Below are positions 61,401 through 64,000 of a DNA stretch of 64,000 bases, piece by piece. The stretch's first letter is position 1. Each line of letters opens with the position of its first letter. The translations under genes and the position numbers were made by a program. The stretch lies in the NCBI GenBank assembly GCA_965649765.1, contig OZ287757.1:54250001-54314000 (forward strand). The letters are read 5' to 3'. The notes beneath the pieces were generated by a model. That model was given only the letters and a program-made list of their open reading frames with translations. It ran no database searches and was not told where the DNA came from. The stretch comes from Bispira polyomma. Taxonomy: Eukaryota.

Positions 61401-62012
61401 GGTACATAATACTGCCAAAATCGTGTCTCCACTTAGCTTTCTGATAATATTTTGTAGTTTAATATGCAATTCTCTATCAACTCTTTCAATGTTATCGGGA
61501 CACAAATAACTTCTTTCATAGGCCACTCAATTTCAACTTCACCATATCTTCAAAAGACTTATTTAGATTATTGTATTAAAGTCCCCTTTATCTTTTTTGC
61601 AATGTAGGCAACAGGTCTGCCTTCATGTGAACAAACTTATAACTAAACTATTTGGACCATTACCACAAGTCGGTTTGTTTGATTTAAATCATTGATCATT
61701 CACTTAACCTTTTTTAGCAAAAAAATAGAGCACTTTTTAATTTTTTTGGAAACATTTTAATTTTTTTGGAAACATGTTGATTTTTTTTAGTGACTTTGAT
61801 TTTCTAAGAAAAACTTTCCTTTCTTAATGATTGACATTTCAGTTAATATTGGTAATCCCTTCATCAATTATCATCTGTTTATGTGTCATTCAATAGTACT
61901 GACTTTTTATACTCTTGAACAATTATTACATAAAACCTTACTTGTGGTCTACAAGTAAGTTTGTTTTTCTATTTTATTTTTTCTGCAGAGGATTAAGCCC
62001 ACTTCGCCATGA
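8203..62012 (+). CDS. Whole gene span: secreted M12B (ADAM/ADAMTS-like) metalloprotease with ShKT-like, mucin, 13 LDLa-like repeats and a basic repeat tail; 32 coding exons, ~1548 aa
   Basis: Hand-spliced GT-AG exons (listed individually) sum to 4647 nt = 1549 codons including the stop, with matching phase at every junction and no internal stop. Confidence 0.85.
8738..8997 (-). mobile_element. tRNA-derived SINE, young family, copy 1
   Basis: Reverse complement of the 16225 copy, with A box (TGGCCTAGTGG) and B box (GAGTTCGAATCC). Flanked by a 14-bp TSD tggt(t/g)gatataaca at 8724-8737 and 8998-9011. Confidence 0.9.
9355..9563 (+). CDS. Exon 2, prodomain (ESGETIAFVKIHE...QKLHLEKQ...VKPKR)
   Basis: tag/cag NAGNAG acceptor, phase 1; LHLEK motif typical of M12B propeptides; donor AGG|gtaaat. 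Confidence 0.85.
9780..9990 (-). mobile_element. L2-type LINE 3' fragment
   Basis: Minus strand SFTVAAHSEWNSLPPTLCTKTRITGFREKINTH. Confidence 0.65.
10537..10623 (+). CDS. Exon 3, prodomain (RVAWYQDLDNMAAIMVEVNEGEGRLKKSL)
   Basis: tttttctag|CGG...CTG|gtaact, phase 0-0, 87 nt. Confidence 0.85.
10904..11075 (+). CDS. Exon 4, prodomain (TGTMLSGSRAFEIRP...DFDGQ)
   Basis: ctacag|ACA...CAA G|gtatct; G...FEIRP matches the M12B propeptide G...YxIxP pattern. Confidence 0.85.
11095..11262. mobile_element. MITE with TA-flanked TIRs (related copy at ~11566-11726)
   Basis: tacattcaaacccctttaag...cttaaaggggttcaattgta. Confidence 0.65.
11861..12160. repeat. 18-bp G-rich minisatellite, ~16 copies
   Basis: Unit ggagtggcct(tta/cta/cca)ggtgg; followed by a MITE-like end acaggtttgactgta. 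Confidence 0.95.
12756..12927 (+). CDS. Exon 5: end of prodomain, RQGR convertase site, start of catalytic domain (FHIEMLLLVDYSVYS)
   Basis: Pyrimidine tract plus aag acceptor (in-phase alternative cag at 12794); IEMLLLVD is the first reprolysin strand; donor TT|gtaagt. Confidence 0.85.
12911..13058. repeat. 22-bp tandem repeat straddling the exon 5 donor, 7 copies
   Basis: Unit tactcggtgtactcattgtaag; the last two copies are shortened to 19 bp. Confidence 0.95.
13743..13821 (+). CDS. Exon 6, catalytic domain (FWMNEVNQVEADAKEEILYFYVHIFNA)
   Basis: ctcag|C...GCG|gtgagt, phase 2-0. Confidence 0.9.
14468..14545 (+). CDS. Exon 7, catalytic domain (MYMAYRNIDPAKMTIVLWLTEIHIIN)
   Basis: attttag|ATG...AAC|gtaagt, phase 0-0. 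Confidence 0.9.
15391..15518 (+). CDS. Exon 8, catalytic domain (EASKEVAK...TDNVQLWT)
   Basis: ttttgacag|GAA...ACC AA|gtaaga; DNVQLWTKQDL aligns with the reprolysin DxAxLxTxxD motif across the junction. Confidence 0.85.
15845..16009 (+). CDS. Exon 9, catalytic domain including HELGH
   Basis: cttcag|G...CAC AA|gtaagt; reads QDLW...VLGVAYVCGLCWVNVSISLNEDHGHYSWVTGAHELGH. Confidence 0.95.
16225..16492 (+). mobile_element. tRNA-derived SINE, young family, copy 2 (full length with poly-A)
   Basis: ggggccgcggtggcctagtggttag head, B box gagttcgaatcc, ~23-nt A tail, TSD-like aatcaa(t/g)gtca. Confidence 0.9.
16630..18210. mobile_element. Non-autonomous interspersed repeat (~1.5 kb); second, internally deleted copy at ~56495-58020
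   Basis: Shared blocks such as ataggcattgatcaaattatgattt... (17688 and 56933), tctgtttcagtgacgg.ccattttt and gtggcat.atcatg.tatggccgc. Confidence 0.7.
18228..18565 (+). mobile_element. HINE/Helentron-like element, 5'-truncated copy
   Basis: Same ~135-bp core repeats and 3' end (ggtggatgcaaatatgcatcg) as the 20059-21005 copy. Confidence 0.75.
18916..19028 (+). CDS. Exon 10: third zinc ligand and Met-turn (NLGSQHDENECINPNKYIMS...AFSFS)
   Basis: ctccag|T completes AAT, giving HELGHNLGSQHD (HExxHxxGxxHD) and the YIMS Met-turn; donor G|gtaaag. Confidence 0.95.
20059..21005 (+). mobile_element. HINE/Helentron-like (DINE-1-type architecture) non-autonomous element with central tandem repeats
   Basis: 5' ttgtatccacc and 3' ggtggatacaa sub-terminal inverted repeat, (gcc)n microsatellite, ~135-bp internal tandem units, 3' hairpin gcatcgg-ttct-ccgatgc then ctagttt. 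Confidence 0.75.
21115..21166 (+). CDS. Exon 11, end of catalytic domain (DCSINYFKSCLLGKDNT)
   Basis: poly-T cag|AT...GA|gtaagg; gives the FSDCS motif across the junction. Confidence 0.92.
21222..21625. repeat. 39-bp intronic minisatellite, ~8 good copies plus decayed ones
   Basis: Unit gacaccagtctaaccaagttgtc(t/c)(g/c)tactaacaaaccca. Confidence 0.95.
22743..23140. mobile_element. Foldback element with ~115-bp inverted arms
   Basis: gtgccaaacc...tttttggtgctctgtaatg...actagtaaacg...gtgtaatttgagg is mirrored by cctcaaattacac...cgtttactagt...cattacagagcaccaaaaag...ggtttggcac. Confidence 0.8.
23266..23422 (+). CDS. Exon 12, ADAMTS-type disintegrin-like/Cys-rich start (…LPGQKYSLSDQC…DKC)
   Basis: ctttcag|A...TGT|gtaagt; PGxxYSxxxQC is the ADAMTS hallmark after the catalytic domain. 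Confidence 0.92.
23920..25166 (+). pseudogene. DIRS ORF1 (gag-like), frameshifted
   Basis: Consecutive ORF pieces 23820/24070/24468 ending in a basic RGG-rich tail, immediately before pol. Confidence 0.65.
25170..27060 (+). pseudogene. DIRS pol: RT, RNase H and adenine-methyltransferase-like domain, frameshifted
   Basis: GFYSRLFLVPK, IDLTDAYLH, QFQALPFG, YIDD, INFKKS, LFTDASNIGWGA, HINLLEL, SDN, NVIADSLSR, VDLFAT...YAFCP, spread over several frames. Confidence 0.92.
27050..28110 (+). pseudogene. DIRS tyrosine recombinase, frameshifted
   Basis: PSWDLSLVL, ALASGKRRGEIHA (catalytic R), LCPV, HDLRSMAAS (HxxR), W...NTFTSFYLKD (catalytic Y). Confidence 0.9.
31081..31197 (+). CDS. Exon 13, ADAM Cys-rich domain (…PCHLLRCVSKDDVC…AAMGTPCDSL)
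   Basis: ttcatcag|TAC...CTT|gtaagt, phase 0-0; AAxGTPC motif. Confidence 0.92.
31993..32056 (+). CDS. Exon 14, end of Cys-rich domain (GCTTGDCVCYRGNCVANSTIT)
   Basis: attttcag|GGC...G|gtaatg; CxxGxCV motif. Confidence 0.9.
32969..33022 (+). CDS. Exon 15, short linker (GPVDKDQQCKLTTYNIIG)
   Basis: ttttttatag|GC...A|gtaagt, 54 nt, phase 1-1. Confidence 0.75.
33185..33345. repeat. ~43-bp tandem repeat, 3-4 copies
   Basis: aaccatttcaaccactgtgttgtcgactagcacttcttgaatg. Confidence 0.9.
35137..35259 (+). CDS. Exon 16, ShKT-like domain (CEDYYGNC…WHC…NCSRSC)
   Basis: tttttcag|CT...A|gtaagt; CxD...C...C...CxxSC spacing of ShKT domains. Confidence 0.85.
36114..36275 (+). CDS. Exon 17, Thr/Ala-rich mucin-like linker (…PPCEIG…TTAAAA repeats)
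   Basis: poly-T caaaag|TT...G|gtatgt, 162 nt, phase 1-1. Confidence 0.85.
36759..36896 (+). CDS. Exon 18, LDLa-like repeat 1
   Basis: ttccag|…QCLPLHFACDGFDDCSGGGDEDLTWCQSQTCPVGLVACPSQ G|gtaaga. Confidence 0.92.
36961..37425. mobile_element. MITE (gtattcacaaaaa TIR) containing a nested MITE at ~37038-37293
   Basis: Outer gtattcacaaaaaggtctt / aagacttttttgtgaatac; inner tacatgggttgtca.taacttgtc / gacaagtttataacaacccgtgta. Confidence 0.7.
37456..37608 (+). CDS. Exon 19, LDLa-like repeat 2 (7 Cys)
   Basis: ttttcag|…SCIPETFPCDGAQDCPYNDESISWCESKGYDKTCFDSCHVPCPIN C|gtgagt. Confidence 0.92.
37668..37910 (+). mobile_element. tRNA-derived SINE, young family, copy 3 (5'-truncated)
   Basis: Near-identical to copies 1 and 2; perfect 14-bp TSD gtttgaaaactgat at 37654-37667 and 37911-37924. 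Confidence 0.92.
38034..38200. repeat. ~32-bp tandem repeat, ~5 copies
   Basis: ggcaatatatac(t/c)gt(t/a)atttctgtagt(a/g)aact. Confidence 0.85.
41011..41166 (+). CDS. Exon 20, LDLa-like repeat 3
   Basis: gttgcag|…ECIWYEFPCDGIRDCWNSDDENLAWCASENITPTCYGSDNIPCPKQ G|gtaaac. Confidence 0.92.
42441..42550. repeat. C-rich low-complexity repeat (~20-bp unit)
   Basis: ccgacacccccc(c)tctccc repeated ~5 times. Confidence 0.85.
43209..43343 (+). CDS. Exon 21, LDLa-like repeat 4
   Basis: ctttgcag|…TCIPASYTCDGFEDCALGSDEDPDFCKNMVCPEGTSRCPDQ G|gtaaat. Confidence 0.92.
44527..44676 (+). CDS. Exon 22, LDLa-like repeat 5
   Basis: ctttcag|…QCILTEYLCDGFIDCLYKQDENPTFCASAGIPLTCGQSNTLPCP G|gtgaga. Confidence 0.92.
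45200..45850 (+). mobile_element. L2 LINE 3' region, decayed
   Basis: ALVSGRLDYCNSLFRGL and LHWLP remnants; the tail abuts the exon 23 acceptor. Confidence 0.75.
45872..46033 (+). CDS. Exon 23, LDLa-like repeat 6
   Basis: ttttccag|…YCINETYFCDGYLDCQDGKDEELAECQKLGVTPKCYDEDEILCPKP G|gtgggt. Confidence 0.92.
47239..47382 (+). CDS. Exon 24, LDLa-like repeat 7 (degenerate acidic motif)
   Basis: catctag|…VCSYAHFECTNYTYCPTMTEDEEFQFCSNLECPRADALCPGT G|gtaatt. Confidence 0.88.
48174..48594. repeat. 42-bp minisatellite, ~10 copies
   Basis: ataattagtaatgacttctagtgagtagggttagtgcctcat. Confidence 0.95.
48693..48824 (+). CDS. Exon 25, LDLa-like repeat 8
   Basis: tacccag|…QCLPFYWACDGLQDCHYGSDEDQDWCNNMTCNPGYVSCPG C|gtaagt. 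Confidence 0.92.
49480..49690 (-). mobile_element. Second tRNA-SINE family, minus strand (sister copy ~54920-55130)
   Basis: Shared caaggatctt…ggacc.ccattttaagtggtcat…gaacc…gaccttctgat…ccactaggccacgg (A and B boxes on the minus strand). Confidence 0.7.
49884..50000. repeat. ~30-bp pyrimidine-rich tandem repeat forming the exon 26 polypyrimidine tract, 4 copies
   Basis: tatctccccatctgtgtctattttgtc…. Confidence 0.9.
50012..50170 (+). CDS. Exon 26, LDLa-like repeat 9
   Basis: ctttcag|…ECIDPSSPCDGNYDCYYSDDEDVSWCLSEGYEPHCSQEGTIACPYD G|gtaagt. Confidence 0.92.
51720..51875 (+). CDS. Exon 27, LDLa-like repeat 10
   Basis: tgtgcag|…DCINATYPCDGIQDCYLYSDENVTWCNEQEIIPKCFYNDTIFCIQP G|gtgagt. Confidence 0.92.
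52280..52505 (+). mobile_element. Old tRNA-SINE (Meta-domain-like); relatives at ~10040-10240, 13207-13610, 35590-35740, 50284-50460, 63300-63460
   Basis: tggcctagtggttag head, core gtttgtcaggtccttgcc…ggtggtttac…ggtttcttccaccatt…gatatgacc…gttgaaa.cgacgt.aaa. The Meta assignment is from recalled consensus and was not searched. Confidence 0.6.
53269..53388 (+). CDS. Exon 28, LDLa-like repeat 11 (shortened, degenerate)
   Basis: cgacag|…NCVLLDWVCEEKENCPQGEDCTDLSCREGLTECPNL G|gtaagt. Confidence 0.88.
54612..54761 (+). CDS. Exon 29, LDLa-like repeat 12 (8 Cys)
   Basis: ttttgcag|…YCVNESYICDGICDCLNCTEENMTWCIEENYPLECYFSDEITCPLS A|gtaagt. Confidence 0.92.
55499..55645 (+). CDS. Exon 30, LDLa-like repeat 13
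   Basis: ttcacag|…QCIPPQWACDGYADCPDETDEDFDWCMSLPCDDYFVPCP G|gtaaga. Confidence 0.92.
57262..57709. mobile_element. MITE (tacacgg TIR family) nested in the larger repeat
   Basis: tacacgg…attctgaacga versus tcgttcagaaat…gaccgtgta. Confidence 0.6.
58441..59366 (+). mobile_element. HINE/Helentron-like element, copy 3, ~5 central tandem units
   Basis: High similarity to 20180-21005, including aaacaagatggccgcc-like block, ~135-bp units and the 3' ggtggatacaa plus hairpin. Confidence 0.8.
59399..60117 (+). CDS. Exon 31, 719-nt charged/basic low-complexity tail with 16-17-aa repeats
   Basis: cttccatatacttttag|GT in the phase-1 frame required by exon 30, open for 239 codons (extends ORF 59518), strong donor AAG|gtaaga; repeat length variants are whole codons. 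Confidence 0.7.
61989..62012 (+). CDS. Exon 32, terminal coding exon (RIKPTSP*)
   Basis: Very strong acceptor tttttctattttattttttctgcag; TGA at 62010-62012 in phase 0; AATAAA at 62141. Confidence 0.65.
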   Translation, partial: RIKPTSP

Positions 62013-62140
62013 TACGTTTCTGTTGCCTAAAGACAACTCCTGGAGAGGCTGGATTAGGACATTGTGTCAAATGCTTTTGTCGAATCTACACAACTTTTCT
62101 ACTCATTATTAATAAGAAATTGTTAAGAATACCTGATAAA

Positions 62141-62146
62141 AATAAA
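62141..62146 (+). terminator. Candidate polyadenylation signal of the protease gene
   Basis: AATAAA ~130 nt after the stop, followed by T-rich sequence. Confidence 0.45.
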
Positions 62147-62250
62147 AACACGTCTATTGCAATCATTTGTTTCAATTCTGTCCCTTTCAGTCGTTTTTTT
62201 TTACCTCTTTGCGGCCTTATGCTGTTTGTAAAAATTTGAGCTTGACCTAA

Positions 62251-62755
62251 TGTGGCAGTCACATGGTCCACGTTCTATAGGACCATTTACTCCCGATGTG
62301 AAGGACTTGTGTGACCTGGAGAAAACGTGCCCAACTTGTTCAAAACGTCGGTGGTTGGTTTTGAAAGCACAGCTAGAGAGAAATGGGAAAAAAGCAGTGT
62401 GGTTGGGGCTGAAACGGGTCATAAACAGGTCTACAACTGCTCAGACTTGTGTAAGACTTGGGTTTAAACTGTTTAGAACTTGTGATCTTGCCAGAACTGG
62501 AGTAATTTGGTGTAATCTGGAGCAACTGTTACATGAAAGTGTGATGAACTGCTTAGATCTAGTCTGTTCAGGACATAAATTAGTCATAAACTGGTCAAAA
62601 AACTGATCTGGTCAAAGCGGAGCATAAACGGGCGATGCAAATATATGCAAATCCAAATTAACATTTTCTCCCCATTCTCTCCCCACCAGCCAAGTTCTGA
62701 TGATCTGGAGTTAACCTATAAGCTTGGCGAGAACTTGGACAGTGTGACTGCCGCA
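62251..62755. mobile_element. PIF/Harbinger-type non-autonomous element
   Basis: TIR tgtggcagtcaca / tgtgactgccgca with a TAA target-site duplication on both sides. Confidence 0.7.
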
Positions 62756-62789
62756 TAAGCATGGATTGGCTGTATCCAGAACTTGTAGT

Positions 62790-63130
62790 AGCGATTGTAG
62801 TGGACTAATGGTTAGAATGTCTTGAGTTTAGATACGAGGGTCCAGGTTTTATCATTATTGCAGGCTTGGAGATTGTACCCTTGGACAAGGTACTTCACAC
62901 AAAGCTGTCCCTCTCTCTACCCAGGTGTATAAATGGGTACCTGGCCTCTAATGGGCATTCGTCATAGTGCCGTTTGTGTGGTAGCATGGCTATAGTATGC
63001 TTCCTGAGGGAGCTAAGAGTGATCAATTGGTTGACAAGTGGAAAAAACCAGGCTGGGGGTGTAAACTGTAAAGTAGGCTGAGACCTCAATACAGGTGATT
63101 TCGGACTAGAAACCTACACGCATTTATTTA
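62790..63130 (+). mobile_element. CORE-like SINE (relatives at ~22150-22370 and ~44300-44460)
   Basis: tRNA-like head then gtacccttggacaaggtacttcac…ctctctacccaggtgtataaatgggtacc, resembling the CORE domain. Confidence 0.6.
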
Positions 63131-64000
63131 TACAGATCTTAACCCTACATTCACATGCATCCTATCCAACACACGTTATACCTGTACTGAATGCTAGCAC
63201 ATCTATATTGTGGTTCCTTTTTACTTTGAACTGCTCACCGTACATATATACAAGTGCAGATTGTGTGTGAAAAACTGCAGTGAGGGATTACAGACAGACT
63301 GCCTGGAACTTAATGAAGCTTTAAGTGGGAAACTTAGCAGGTACTTACTGATGGTGACTGATTTTCCAGTATAAACTCTTGAACACCTGGTTTCGACTGG
63401 TTTCTTTCAACACTCAAAGTGCCTGTCATGATATGACCTATACCATGTGTTAAACCCAAATCAAGTCCAATCAAAATTGAGGGAAATGTACTGGGGTACC
63501 CGCTTCATGAATTAGTTTAGCACACACAGTCTGTTTACTACAATGTAAACAAAAAGATATAGTGCAAAAACAGCCAAGTTTTGTCCCAAATTAAATTATT
63601 GTGCTTTACCCTTTTCAACCCCTATGTTGTGGCCAGCAGTTAAATGTATTAGTTACTCAAAAAACCTAGGTCAGTCGGTAAGTCGTCCGCATCCCCAAAA
63701 TATTAGTTTATTTTCCTTCAGTTGCTCGCCATAGGAAAAAGTACAGCAGGCTCCTCTGTTTCAAAAAAAATATGAGCGAGGCAGTTCTTGAATGCCTAAA
63801 GTTGTCTGTGGTGCGTCTTTTACTGGCTCCAGCTATCTGGAAGCTATTAACAAAAACATTTCCTTCCTTTCGCGGCAGTAGTTTTAACTTTAGGTTGAAA
63901 GGGTCAAGTCTGGACAAAAAAAAGGTAATAGGCTGACCTGAACAATGTCCAATAATTACTGGTTTCAATGGAACGCGTTAGAACATAGATTTTCATTCAG

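Noticed and set aside
62250-62606. 118-aa ORF with CPTC
   Set aside because: Lies wholly within the Harbinger-type non-autonomous element and shows no recognisable transposase motifs.

Overview
AT-rich, repeat-dense animal genomic DNA. A lophotrochozoan, probably a mollusc, is inferred from the SINE/HINE/DIRS content and the protease style; the ORF track is mostly noise and the real genes appear only after splicing by hand. Two + strand genes are present. (1) The last two coding exons of an SLC22/organic-cation-transporter-type gene (1180-2546), ending in ...ACTRL*. (2) An apparently complete 32-coding-exon gene (ATG 8203 to TGA 62012, about 1548 aa, all intron phases compatible) for a secreted M12B (ADAM/ADAMTS-like) zinc metalloprotease. 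Its domain order is signal peptide, Cys-free prodomain, RQGR site, intact HELGHNLGSQHD catalytic domain, ADAMTS-type Cys-rich domain, ShKT-like domain, Thr/Ala mucin linker, 13 LDLa-like repeats, and a ~245-aa Lys/Arg/Met-rich repetitive tail, with no TSP1 repeat or transmembrane segment. The most striking observation is that every LDLa-like exon encodes C3-C4-C5-C6 followed by C1-C2. The array therefore starts and ends on half-modules, which suggests a circularly permuted or end-to-end complementing LDLa fold. The introns hold a decayed DIRS1 retrotransposon with intact termini nested in a MITE, HINE/Helentron-like elements, several SINE families, MITEs, L2 fragments and minisatellites, some of which duplicate splice sites.
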